A stretch of 64,000 nt of DNA from Eledone cirrhosa (Eukaryota), in assembly GCA_964016885.1 (NCBI GenBank), contig OZ024741.1, positions 263,872,001 to 263,936,000 on the forward strand, given 5' to 3'. This document shows positions 1 through 12,792 of this stretch, in pieces. The translations under genes and the position numbers were made by a program. Below the pieces are notes generated by a model. That model was not told where the DNA came from. It did no database searches and saw only the letters and a list, made by a program, of their open reading frames with translations. How positions within the stretch are numbered: position 1 is the stretch's first letter; each line of letters begins with the position of its first letter.

Positions 1-620
1 ATCAAACTACACACACACCACACTGCACACACACCACACTACACACACACCACACTGCACACACACCACACTGCACACACATCACACTACACACACATCA
101 CACTGCATACACATCACACTACACACACCACACTACACACACACCACACTGCACACACACCACACTGCACACACACCACACTACACACACACCACACTGC
201 ACACACACCACACTACACACACACACCACACTGCACACACACCACACTGCATACACATCACACTACACACACCACACTACACACACACCACACTGCACAC
301 ACATCACACTACACACACATCACACTGCATACACATCACACTACACACACCACACTACACACACAACACACTTCACACACACCACACTGCACACACATCA
401 CACTACACCCACAGCACACTGCACACATATCACACTACACACACATCACACTACGCACATCATACAGCACACACATCACAGCACACACACCACACTACAC
501 ACACACCATGCTGCCCACAGACCACACTACACACACAGCACACTGCTCACACATCACACTACACACACCACACTACACACACATCTCACTGCTCACACAT
601 CACACTACACACACATACCA
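1..620. repeat. CA-rich minisatellite, ~18-20 bp degenerate unit (CACCACACTRCACACACA)
   Basis: Repeated cacact(a/g)cacacaca motif, directly visible. Confidence 0.9.
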
Positions 621-1573
621 TGTCTGGTCTGTTATGTTTAAATTTTATGTGGGATATGAGTGAGAGAAACTGACCGACACTGAGCACATCCACGAACACT
701 TACGATCGGGGTACCTTTATTCTATAGTTCTTCATTTTTAACTCAATAAACCATTCCCATCTCTCTGTGTTGTGATGGTTCCAATACCATGGACTTTTTC
801 CTACCAGAAAAATACGGGAACAAAACCTCATTTTCAGCCTAGGAACGTCCATCCTCCTGGCATCAAATCTCTAATTTGTCCACCCACCCCACATACATAT
901 AATATACTTACAATACTGATACATACATAAACACGCTTTGACGTATACACTCTCAGGTGGACTAAAACTCATAGACACCAAAATCTGCTGCAGACTGTCA
1001 TTCCTATTATGCCCGAAATTTTAACCCACCATCCAGCTTTACACTCCTTGATTCAGAAATCATGTTCAGCTAATCTACCTGTTTCATCTTTCCACTAATA
1101 TCCCCTCTCAAGGATACATTTCAACTGAAACACAAAAATCTCTTCTCTTCTCTTCTCCGATAAAGTATATGAAGCTGAAACGTTGGGCACCTTCCTTTCT
1201 TCACACCAAATAGCCCTATTTTAAATTACCACACTTCCTCCTGTATTATTTATTGCTAAAGCAGCTCCTCACTAAAATATGTCAACCAAAGAGTAACTTA
1301 AACCAGAAGTTGATAGGATCTTTACTTTCAAATATGCTTATTTTAACAGCCTCATTCGTTTCTTGTTTATCCGTACCCCCCCCCTCTATCTATCTCATCC
1401 CTCTCTCTTTCTCTCTCTTTCTCTCTCTTTCTCTCTCTTTCTCTCTCTCGCTCTATCTATCTCCCTCTCTCTCTCTCAGTCTATCTATTTATCTATCTAC
1501 CTACCTATCTACCTCTCTCTCCCACCCCCCTCTACCTATCTATCTACCCCTCCTCTCTCCCTCTATCTATCTA

Positions 1574-1636
<63 letters not shown>

Positions 1637-1924
1637 TTCTACCTACCTACCCCCTTCTCTCTCTGACTTTATTCCTCCTCGTCAGTTTCCGTTTCTTCTT
1701 CACTTCGCCCATCTACACACATTAATTTCCCGCTTTCTACCACCGTAGTAACTTCCCCTTCAGTTGAAATACCCCCCCCCGTCCCACGATGTAACCCCAC
1801 CCCACCCCATCAACACCTCCTTCTGTCATGTTCTGCTTCCATCTCTTTCTATATTTTCACTTTCCAGCCATATCTCTCTCTTCCTCCTTCTCATTTTGCT
1901 TTCACCCATCCAGCCTCTCATTCA

Positions 1925-1925
<1 letters not shown>

Positions 1926-1992
<67 letters not shown>

Positions 1993-2037
1993 ATATCTAT
2001 CTATCTGTCTGTCTGTCTGTCTATCTATCTATTTATC
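1926..2037. repeat. (TATC)n microsatellite
   Basis: Direct tetranucleotide repeat just upstream of truncated Tx1 copy 1. Confidence 0.95.
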
Positions 2038-2412
2038 AGAAGGATCAGGATGGAGAGAGAGGTGCTGCACCCCAGTCGTTTTTATGAAAGGTGGGTGAAA
2101 GTGGCGAGAACGGCCCGTGTGAATGGGCCTTCTCTTTACATAAGCCTGTAGGTGGAAAAGAGGAAGAAACGAGGGAGCACCCCCTCTCTGTGCTCCTGAG
2201 GAGAAGGGTTGCACACTTTTTTCGGGGGTGTGTGCAACCCCCCAAGGCGCCTCCTCTCTATTGAGGATTTTGTTATAATTTTATTTTTTGTTATATTTTA
2301 TTTTATTTTTATATATTGTTATTGCCTCCTCCCTATTGAGGACGCCTTGTTTTGTAAACTCCCCCCATTGTACTTGTCCCACTTTTGATGCCCTGGTGGC
2401 AAATAAAAGAAA
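2038..2412 (+). mobile_element. 5'-truncated Tx1/L1-like retrotransposon, copy 1 (ORF2 end + 3'UTR)
   Basis: Encodes [30 protein letters not shown], matching the ORF2 C-terminus at ~8050-8165. Ends AATAAAAGAAA followed by TATC repeats. Confidence 0.93.
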
Positions 2413-2481
2413 CATATCTATTTATCTATCTATCTATATATCTATTAGTTTCCTCTCGTTTGTCTCTTCTCTTCATTATAA

Positions 2482-2975
2482 TTCAACAAACGAAGGAGAG
2501 GCGGTTTTCGTTTGTGTGATAGCTATGAAAGAGGTTGTATGGTGGACAAGGTTGAAAGGGCTGAGGTCAGACACCTTTCTCTCCGGCCAACAACTGATTC
2601 TTTTTTTCAAATACCACTTTGGAAGAAGAATCAGGATGGAGAGAGAGGTGCTGTACCCCAGCAAGTTTTATGAAAGGTGGGTGAAAGTGGCGAGAATGGC
2701 CCGAGTGAATGGGCCTTCTCTCTATATCAGCCTGTAGGTTGAGGAAAAGGAGGAGGAGAGGAAAGGAGTACAAGCTCTTCGTACTCCTGGAGATGAGGGT
2801 TGCACATTTTTTTTCGGGGGTATGTGTTACCCATATAAACTGTCTCCCTCTATTGGGGAAAATCAACTAACTTTTTAAATTCCATTTGTGATAACATTTT
2901 ACACGTTTTTATTGTATGTAAACTCCCCCCTTTGTATTTGTCCCCTTCTTTTGTGCCCCTGTGGCTAATAAAGAA

Positions 2976-2976
<1 letters not shown>
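2482..2976 (+). mobile_element. 5'-truncated Tx1/L1-like retrotransposon, copy 2
   Basis: NEGEAVFVCVIAMKEVVWWTRLKGLRS...[10 protein letters not shown] matches the ORF2 end. Ends AATAAAGAAA then (TATC)n. Confidence 0.93.
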
Positions 2977-3054
<78 letters not shown>

Positions 3055-3078
3055 CATCCATCTATCTATCTATCTATC
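2977..3078. repeat. (TATC)n microsatellite between copy 2 and the full-length element
   Basis: About 25 TATC units. Confidence 0.95.
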
Positions 3079-3281
3079 TTGATAGAGTAAGACACGCTTC
3101 ACATCGGCTCCGCTATTCCATCGGGATTTACCCTTACTATTGTAAGTACCGGATAAATTTTTCAGTGCAACACATTTGGAACACTAACTCCTGTTATTTA
3201 GGGAAACATTTTTGCATTTACCCCCTTTTTAGGGGGTAAAATAAATATCTATTTTTGCCGAAAAATTTCTTTCTTGGCAGC

Positions 3282-4505
3282 ATGGCGGAAAAGATGGCAG
3301 ACATGTCTGCCATTAGCTCTGCCACGCCCCCCAAGTCTGAAGAACAAAAAATAATTACAACAAAATTAGACAATGAAACAAACAAAGAAAATGAAAAAAC
3401 AAATGTTAATGAAAATGAGCAAACGGAAAACAAACAAACAGAAAATAATACAAATAACAACAGGGCAACTTTCGCCCAGAAAACAAAACAATCCATTACA
3501 TACACACCAATTGACCTAACTGCCGCCAGAGAAAAACTGGCCGAAGCAAAGAAACACATTGTTTTGGGGGAGAACGGAATGTTTTCCATTAACTCCCCCC
3601 CAGAATTCAAGAAAGAAAGAACAGAGAACACAGTTCTCTTCAGAACTATACTGAACCAGACAAGAAAGCCAGCACAGCCCAGCCAAATGGAAATAGAGTT
3701 GGTCCTAAAAGACTATATGAAGAATATTCTCTTCATACGAAAGGACCGACTCTATGGCAGCATTTCGGTCTTAACAAAAGACAAGGAAACGGCGGAGAAG
3801 CTTTCCCTAAGCCCACTCTCATCGACAACATACAGCTTCTATCCCTCCTACATGGGTAGAAGAACACAGAGAGTAAAAGTAAAAACAATGCTGCCCACAA
3901 TGGACTTCTGGTGGGCTATTGCTGGCTTCATAGACATGGGCGAAGACACAATGCTGTCAATGGGGAAGGCAACTGGAGATGCGTTCCTGGGAATGGGCCT
4001 CGACATACTAGTCCAAATGAGGCCCGAAAGAATAGCACAAATCCCGGATCGCATCTGGCTGGATGACCTTACCCCAATAGACATAATTGTAGAGGGGAGA
4101 AGACCAGCATGCTATTTATGCATGGAAAGGGGACACGTTAAGGCTAACTGCCCGAAACGTATCCCCCAAAAAGGACTATTGCCCACACCCACCACAAACA
4201 GTACACCAACACCACCCACCTCCAAAAATACACTAATACCACACACAGCAAACAAAATACAGACACCACCAACCACAAACACAACACAAACATCACCACC
4301 ACCAGCACCAAACACAAGCACGACACAAAAATCACCATCACCAACCACAACACAAACATCACCATCACCAACCACAAGCACGACACAAACATTACCACCA
4401 CCACCACCACCACAAAACCCATTCCAAACAAATAATAAAAAAAACAGTAACAAATCTACCCCTCCCGCAAAAAAAACAACCACACAACACGTCCCTCCCA
4501 CCTAG
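3282..4505 (+). CDS. Retrotransposon ORF1, gag-like nucleic-acid-binding protein
   Basis: ATG at 3282, CX2CX4HX4C knuckle (CYLCMERGHVKANC), Pro/Thr-rich tail. Another frame (..EEFPPTSEEEGGEAFRQVKRKKRK..TPK*) runs to 4722 and probably continues it across an indel in an A-run. Confidence 0.88.
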   Translation: MAEKMADMSAISSATPPKSEEQKIITTKLDNETNKENEKTNVNENEQTENKQTENNTNNNRATFAQKTKQSITYTPIDLTAAREKLAEAKKHIVLGENGMFSINSPPEFKKERTENTVLFRTILNQTRKPAQPSQMEIELVLKDYMKNILFIRKDRLYGSISVLTKDKETAEKLSLSPLSSTTYSFYPSYMGRRTQRVKVKTMLPTMDFWWAIAGFIDMGEDTMLSMGKATGDAFLGMGLDILVQMRPERIAQIPDRIWLDDLTPIDIIVEGRRPACYLCMERGHVKANCPKRIPQKGLLPTPTTNSTPTPPTSKNTLIPHTANKIQTPPTTNTTQTSPPPAPNTSTTQKSPSPTTTQTSPSPTTSTTQTLPPPPPPQNPFQTNNKKNSNKSTPPAKKTTTQHVPPT

Positions 4506-4727
4506 CGCTGAAGAGTTTCCCCCAACTTCTGAAGAAGAAGGAGGAGAAGCCTTCAGACAAGTTAAAAGAAAAAAAAGAAAACACACACCCAGCACACCAC
4601 AAATAACCCACACACAAACACCAACTCCAATCAAAAACACCCCACCCTCAACAAACAAAAATAAATCTGCGCCTCCCGGAGAGGTAGGTGCTTTTCTTTC
4701 TTCACTTTCAACACCAAAATAGATCAA

Positions 4728-7700
4728 TTGAGAGTTGGCTGTTTGAACGCGCGTGGCCTGGGCTCAGCTTGGAAGCAAGCAAAGCTTCTAAATGACCTCA
4801 GGTCACAAAGTATAGATGTGATGGTTGTTTGCGAGAGTCGGATCAGCAGCGTGAGACAGCTGGCGCCCGCCTTCGATGACTTTAAGATGCACGCATCTCT
4901 CTGTCAACCCGGAGGCGGGGGGGGGGGGGGTTGCCGTACTGCTGGATAAACGTCTGGCTCTCGACGTACAGATTGTTCACTCGGACCCGGGGGGTCGATT
5001 ACTGGTGCTGGACGTCGGAGGCGGTGAAGGCGGGGCTTTCAGACTGGTCGGTCTTTATGCCCCCTTCGGGGCGGAAAGAGCCGACTTCTTCCAGCGTCTG
5101 GAGACTTTTCTAGGAACGTCGCGTTCCCTGCTTTTAGTGGGGGACTGGAATGGAATCCTAGATGCGCGTTGGGACTATGCAGGGGTATGTCCCGATAGAG
5201 GGGGGTGTAGCAGCCTCAAGGGGTTACTCGATCGATTCGACCTGGTCGATAGATTTCGACTAGATTGTCCAACTGCGCCAACCTGGACCTGGGCAAACCG
5301 CAGTGGACAATCTAGATCGTACCTAGATAGGTTTTTGGTTAGGAGTAAGGATAGGGACGTATTTAGTTGTCCAGAATTGATCATGGTTGGCTATTCAGAT
5401 CACAAATTAGTGACCTGCGTGGTCAACCTTGATAGAACGCATAGACAGGGTCCCGGTTACTGGAAGATGAACTTGTCCTTGCCGGCAAAGAAAGATTACA
5501 GGAACCGGATTAGTAGCTTAGTTAAGATGCGGTTGACGGGAGCGATCGTCAACAGTAGGTGGTGGGTATCTCTAAAGAGAGAGATTAGAGTAAGTTCGAT
5601 AGGTTACAGTAAGGAACTAGCGGCGAATAGAAATAGGAAGGAAAGGGAGTTAACAGATAAACTAGAAGAGGCGATTAGGAGCGAAGACGTAGCCAGAGTG
5701 TTAGCGGCGAGAACGGCGTTGAGCCAGTTCTATGACGCGAAGCACGAAGGCTGCGTTGTCCGAAGTAAAATACGTGCTTTAGGAAACGAGGGGACCAAAG
5801 CTGTTAGCTGGGCCCGCGTGACAGAAGCCAAGAGTGGGATTAAATCCACCATTCGGTCTTTGCGAGACCAGGATGGACGGGTGATCCTTGAACCTGAGCG
5901 GATGTGCGAGGCCTTTCAAAGGCACTTTGCTCGACTGTTCGGAGGGGGCGGGGGGCCGGACGGGGATGTGGACTTCGGTCCATACCTCGACGGTCTACCG
6001 CGTCTTTCGAGCGGCGAAGCGGAGTGCTGCGAAAGGCCAATCACAGCCACTGAAATCGGGGAAGCGCTCAGCCAATGCAGCAGACGCAAATCCCCGGGTC
6101 TCGATGGTCTACCATACGAATTTTATTTAGCTATGCCGGTCTTGTTCTCCGAACTCCTCGAGGCTGTCTATTGCAACTGGCAACAGAACGGGAGAATTCC
6201 CTGTTCTGTGACCAAGGGCGTGGTCACGCTAGTGAGGAAGGACGAGAGCAAGGGGGACGACTTAAGTAACTTTAGGCCCATAACTCTGCTGAATGCAGAG
6301 TTACAGATTTTGGCCAAGGTGCTGGCGAAGAGGTTGGCGCTTGTGGTGGGTGGTTTGGTGGGAGACGCGCAGACATGCGCTATCCCGTCCAGGTCCATTC
6401 ACGACAACCTCCACCTCATGCGATACATCATAGAGAGGGTTGGCAACGAACCCGGCTTTGGTGGGGCCCTGATCAACTTGGATCAATCTAAGGCGTTCGA
6501 TAGGGTCGACCATGGTTACCTGGATGCGGTGCTAGTGGCGGCGGGCTTCGGACCCGTTTTCATGGGCTGGATTTCTGCCATGCACAGTGGCAACATCTAC
6601 TCTAGGATTAAAGTAAACGGCTACCTCTCGGAGCCGTTTCAAATCACCCGATCCATCAGACAGGGGTGCCCCCTCTCCTCCCTTCTGTACGTATTGACTC
6701 TCGAGCCACTGCTGCGGAAGTTGGAGTTGCTGCGGGGCATACCCCTGGAACCGGGAACCCCTGGAACAAAGCGGTCTCGGCCTATGCCGACGATGTAACA
6801 GTAATGGTGGCGGACGCCTCGGAAATCGGGGCGATCGCCACCCTACTGGAGGAATACGAAAGGCTGACGGGGGCTAGGCTGAACCAGGACAAGTCAGTCG
6901 GTTTGCAACTCGGAACGTGGAGGGGCAAACCGATGCCGTTAGACGGTGTCGTCGGGCGGTGGACGGAGGGCTCGGTGAAGCTGCTCGGGGTCTGGTTCGG
7001 ACCGGACCTCCAGGTGGAGAAGAATTGGGGCGAGGTGACGAGCAGGGTGTTTGCGCTGACCCAGAAGTGGGCCAAGTGCAAACTATCACTGAAAGGTCGG
7101 GCGGAGGTGACGAACGCTTACATAGCGTCCGTCATCTACTACCGCCTGACCGTCGTGCCTTGCCCCAAGGAAAAGCTCACCATCATGGAACGCATGCTCT
7201 TCCAGTTCCTCTGGAAGAAGCGGCCTCCCATGGTGAGGAGATCCATCTGCTGCCAGCACCCTTCGAAAGGAGGGCTGGGTATGCCGTGGCTGTTGATGCG
7301 TAGGCACGCATTGAGGCTACGGCATCTACAGGTATTCCTCAACGGTCAGCCGGTGTGGGCCCCGTTTGTGAGGCGAGCCTTCCCACAGCTCGTCTCGCTC
7401 ACCGAACTGCAATCCTGGGTGAAGCAAAGACCGAGAAAACTGGGCAACTGGCACACCGAGTGTGCCCAGGCGCTCACGGCTATCTGGCAAGCGGACCCGA
7501 CTGTCAGTGGAGAATCCACCTCGACATTCTATAGAGGGTTGGTGGCTAGCAGGGGCGACGACACCCTTGGAGAGTCGCTAGGCATGGAGGAGGACGAACT
7601 GGCCAGCCTGTTCGGTAGAACTTTCGGCCCGGGACCCATGGACAACTTCCAGAGGTCCCTAGCCTGGCAGTGTTACCGGGGGGCTCTGCCCGTTCGAGAA

Positions 7701-8165
7701 AAGCTCTACAGACACGGGCGCCCGGGCAGGGATCCCGCGAAAAAGATCTGTCCCAGATGCGTGCGCGACGAGGAAACCGTTGCGCATGCACTGGTACACT
7801 GCCCGGGCGTTGCCGATCTGTGGGGCTACGTCGAACGACTGCTGTCGCGTGTGGCGCCGATTCGATTAACCGCCGAGTCTGTGGTGAACATCAAGCCGCC
7901 TCCTCCCTTCAGAAATGAAGCAGAGGCGGTCTTTCTGTGCGTAATAGCCATGATGAAAGAGGTTGTGTGGTGGACGCGCCTGAAAGGTCTGAGGTCGGGT
8001 GACTTTCTCTCCGGCCATCACCTGGTTTACTTCTTCCGATACCACTTCGGAAGAAGGATCAGGATGGAGAGAGAAGTGCTTGGTCCCAGACAGTTTTATG
8101 AAAGGTGGGTGAAAGAAGCGAGAATGGCCCGTGTAAATGGGCCTTCTCTCTACATTGTTCTGTAG
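4728..8165 (+). pseudogene. Retrotransposon ORF2: APE endonuclease, reverse transcriptase and C-terminal CCHC, with two frameshifts
   Basis: APE motifs LNARGL, VCES, GDWN, YLDRFLV, SDH. RT motifs SPGLDG, FRPITLLN, DQSKAFDRV, IRQGCPLS, YADD. CPRC..H..HC at the C-terminus. Frameshifts at the G-run ~4917-4930 and near 6750. Confidence 0.93.
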
Positions 8166-8716
8166 GTGAAGAAGTGAAGAGGAAAGGGGGAGCGCCTCCT
8201 CTCTGGGCTTCCCCCGCGAAAAGAGTTGCACACTTTTCGGGGGTATGTGCAATCCCCAACACGCCCCCTCCCTTTTGAGGACTTTTTATTGTTATATTAT
8301 TATTGTTATTCCTTTTTCTTTACTCGATTTATGTAAACTCCCCCACTGTGTAAATGTCCCCTTCTTTTGTGCCCTCGTGGCAAATAAATAGAAATTTATC
8401 TATCTATCTATCTATCCATCCTTCCATCTATCTTTATACCTACGTACCTACTTCGCTCACTATATATATGTCTGTCTGTCTGTCTGTCCATCTATCTATC
8501 AACTCTTCTGTGTCAAGTGTGTTATTCTTTCTCCCATTTTATCTACTCCCTTATCACTATTTTGGGGTGCACCCCTCCTCCATCCCACCCTTCCCCCATT
8601 TTCTCATTATTTCTCATAAATACAATTTCCCTCTTTTCACACCCCTCCCCCTCATTCAAAGCTATACTTTAAGTGTAAAGTCCTCAACAGCTATAACAAG
8701 CCAGAAAATCTCCCCC

Positions 8717-9320
<604 letters not shown>

Positions 9321-9724
9321 AAATATTGTACATTTAAATTGAAATTGAGAACTTCGATAGTGAACGAAATTGCACTTGTATATAATGTGTCAATTGAATG
9401 AAACCAGCTATTTATTGAAGTAAATTACGGTGCTAAGAGACGGAGAAGTAGAATGAGAAGAAAGAGAAGAAGACGGGGTCATCGTAACGACGTGGGGGAT
9501 CAAATGAAATACTTATTAGCCAGCTCCTGCTCTATTACATGGCATAATTATGGTAAATTGACGGATGACGTAACTTACTTATGCCAGCTAAGGTTGTCGC
9601 TAGCTTTTGACACAAACGTCAGCCATTTCTAACTACATCTCAACTCCAAGTGAGAATATGTGTGTGTTTGTGTGTGCTTGTGTGTGCTTGTGTGTGTGTG
9701 TGAAAGAGCTTGAGTGCATTCCTT

Positions 9725-9798
<74 letters not shown>

Positions 9799-10064
9799 GT
9801 GTGTGTGTATATATATACATATTGTTATAATATATCGCCAGAAACAATTGTTCCTACTTTTGGCCAGCAATTACCGACTACATTACTGGTACTTTATTTT
9901 ATCGACCCCGTAAGTATGAAAGGCAAAGTTAACCTCGCCAGAAATAATAATAAAACACACTCCCTGTTTGGTTTGGGTTGGTTTTCGCTTCTGTATCTTT
10001 TATATCTGCATAGTTAATTTATCTGGTTAGTTTATCATTGATTGACCAACGGTTAAAAATACAG

Positions 10065-10113
<49 letters not shown>

Positions 10114-10375
10114 ATCAACGTTCTTTCGCCACACATTTGTGACATTAGTAGTACTGATTGATTAGCTCAAGGCTCGATCTGTATTGATCGGGCCCGAGCT
10201 GATCAATCGCGAAACGCGCCTCAGACCTCAATAAATGTAATGAAGATCTAACACCTCGTCCTTATTATTATTATTGTTATTATTACACTCTGCTTAGTAC
10301 AACACCAATATAACTACTGGAATCTACGCATCGGGTGGTCACGTTGGTGAACCTACAGTAACTGGACGTTACAAT

Positions 10376-10410
<35 letters not shown>

Positions 10411-10412
<2 letters not shown>

Positions 10413-11281
10413 CGAAGGAGGAGTGGCAAGGAACCTGATGGACCAAACTACAGCGGGTGTGTTGCATTGCTGTTGAAGGGGCCAAGCTTCGGGCTTACGG
10501 CAAGAGCACCCTGGTGGGGTGCTGCTCTTAGGCTGTTGGAGATGTGGGCCTTCATATTCTTAGCGCAGGAGTACCCTTGTTTTACTCTGTATTTTACACC
10601 CGCTGTAGTTTATGAAGCTGTGGTCACTTCCAACCGACCAAATCAACCACAGGAGGTCAAATCCTATGTGGGAATGGCGGAGGACCGATTAGGAACGCTT
10701 CCTGATCCATCAGTCGACCTTTAGGTACCCGGACAAACGATCATCCACGAAACTCGCGAGCCACGTATGGTCCCACAAGGACTCGAGTATAGACTACTCC
10801 ATTCAATGGAAAGCCATCACTAAGTCCAAGCCATACGCAAGAGGCAATCCGTCTTGTGGACTATGTATTGCTGAACGGATAAATATTCTAAGGAGATTAC
10901 GCAATAGCGATTGCCTAAACTCAAGAAATGACATCTTCACACTTTGTCCACATGTCTGGAAACACCTCTTGAATAACTACAAAGCTCCGGATTGGATAAC
11001 AACAACATCCTAATTTTCTTATCAACTAGAACTACTTTTCGGACTTTCGCAGTTACACCTTTCGCCCGCAGTTTTTCATTGCTTGGGTGAAGTGACCGTT
11101 TCTGTGCATGCGCGTTCATACGGTTGTCCTTCCTATTCCGTATAACCATGACCATTACGAGCTGAGGATCCGCTAAGGTGAAACAATTGTTCTCGGTATG
11201 GTGAACTAACTGTTGTGTTACCACTCTATCTAACTCGTCCCAGGAACTGAGTGCTCTACCACTACGGATATTACCTTCCAG
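10411..11281 (+). mobile_element. Penelope-like element remnant (GIY-YIG C-terminus + pLTR), tentatively Nematis-like
   Basis: AVVYEAVV...YVGMAED, then broken frames giving KLASHVW, CGLCIAE, CLNSRN. Hammerhead downstream. Short inverted repeat at 10445-10460/10596-10611. Starts in (TA)n. Confidence 0.8.
11152..11201 (+). ncRNA. Minimal type I hammerhead ribozyme
   Basis: CGAG-CUGAGGA-U CC gcuaa GG U-GAAA-CAAUUG-UU^CUCG. Stem I CGAG/CUCG extends to CCAU/AUGG. Palindromic stem III. Confidence 0.8.
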
Positions 11282-11282
11282 T

Positions 11283-11320
<38 letters not shown>

Positions 11321-11385
11321 CTCTCTCCCCTCTCTCCCCTCTCTCTCTCTATATATATATCTATCTATCTATATATATATCTATA

Positions 11386-11431
<46 letters not shown>

Positions 11432-11435
<4 letters not shown>

Positions 11436-11632
11436 AAAATGTTCAAGACCCCGACGGCAGAGATCACGCCGTTTGCGACAGCTATTTCTGGAGTCCAGAA
11501 ATAGCTGTCGAAACGGCGTGAGCCCTGCCGTCGGGGTCTTGAACATTTTCCTATTACCCACTCTACTACCTTAAGTATTGAGTACTCTGGTGCGTTTTGG
11601 TCCACCTGGTGCCTTACCACACTTCCTTCGTT
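11432..11632 (+). mobile_element. Fold-back mini-element (long hairpin + ~80 bp tail) in (TA)n, PLE-related
   Basis: Near-perfect ~58 bp inverted arms. Tail shared with copies at 18481, 56340 and 62856, and similar to the terminus at 10411. Confidence 0.75.
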
Positions 11633-12253
11633 ATATATATATATATATAATTTTTTATGATTTACTGTTAATAAAATAAACAATGATGAAATAATAAAAA
11701 TATGTTTTAAAATATGCGTCCCCCCACCGAGGGTGTGTAACCCTAAGCTATAGTTTATTTAGCTTATAGGTAAGTCCAACACTGTATGTAGAGGGTACTG
11801 ATTAGGATAAAGCGGTAAGGAATATGGTGTACAATCTATATGAAACCTAATGCGATTTGTAATCTATGATATAATGCTAATTACATGTGGTAACGTAACA
11901 TTTTGAGATAAAATGCTACCACATTGCATGCTGCATGATTAAATCTCGTTCAACGAAAATCCAGCTGTGTGTTATACTAACGAGGAAGTCACACCCAAAC
12001 GTAGAAGCATCAACGTGGTCGCTTAACCAACTAGAAATATCAAAGAAATCTTTCTTAAATTGCATCTTGTCTTAAATAAGGAAAAGGACAAATGAAATGA
12101 TGTAATCCCACATATCGCTAAACAGACCTGATCGTTGAGGCTGAAATATGTGTGTGTGTTTATATGTGTGTGTTTATATATATGTGTGTGTGTTTATATG
12201 AGTGTTTGTGTGTATTTATATATATATATGTGTGTGTGTGTGTATGTGTGTGT

Positions 12254-12295
<42 letters not shown>

Positions 12296-12317
12296 TGTGT
12301 GTGTGTGTTTGTGTGTT

Positions 12318-12348
<31 letters not shown>

Positions 12349-12567
12349 TTATATGTGTGTTTGTGTGTATATGTGTGTGTGTTTATATGTGTGTTTGTGT
12401 GTATATGTGTGTGTGTTTATATGTGTGTTTGTGTGTATAATATGTATGTATTTATATATGTGTGTGTATTTATGTATAAGTGTGTATGTTTATATGTGCG
12501 TGTGTGTTAGCGTGCGCGTGTGTGCTTATTTGTGTGTTTGTGTGTTTGTGTGTAACTTAGTGTAAAC

Positions 12568-12792
12568 AATAATGGTTTCTGATTTAGGCAAAAGGTCAGT
12601 AATTTGGGGAGAGGGGAAAGTCGATTAAATCGATCCCAGTGTATTACTGGTACCTTATTTAATCGACTCCATAAGGATGAAAGGCAAAGTAAACCTCGGC
12701 GAGATTTGAACTCAGAACGTAAAGGGCTGTAACTCTGTGTCGGAGAGCAGAGTGTCCGACGCTCTACCGATTACTGCCATTCCCCCGCCCTT
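12568..12792 (-). mobile_element. tRNA-derived SINE, abundant family with a Meta-SINE-like core
   Basis: Minus strand has an A-box-like TGGCAGTAATCGG, B-box GAGTTCAAATC and core TTTGCCTTTCATCCTTA.GG.GTCGAT. Roughly 20 related copies in the window. Confidence 0.85.

Larger units (their letters stand above)
3079..8394 (+). mobile_element. Probably full-length L1/Tx1-clade non-LTR retrotransposon in (TATC)n
   Basis: ~200 bp 5'UTR, ORF1 with zinc knuckle, ORF2 APE-RT-CCHC, 3'UTR ending AATAAATAGAAA, TATC repeats on both sides. Confidence 0.93.

Noticed and set aside
3079-3200. HDV-like ribozyme at the Tx1 5' end
   Set aside because: I could not build the nested double pseudoknot by eye.
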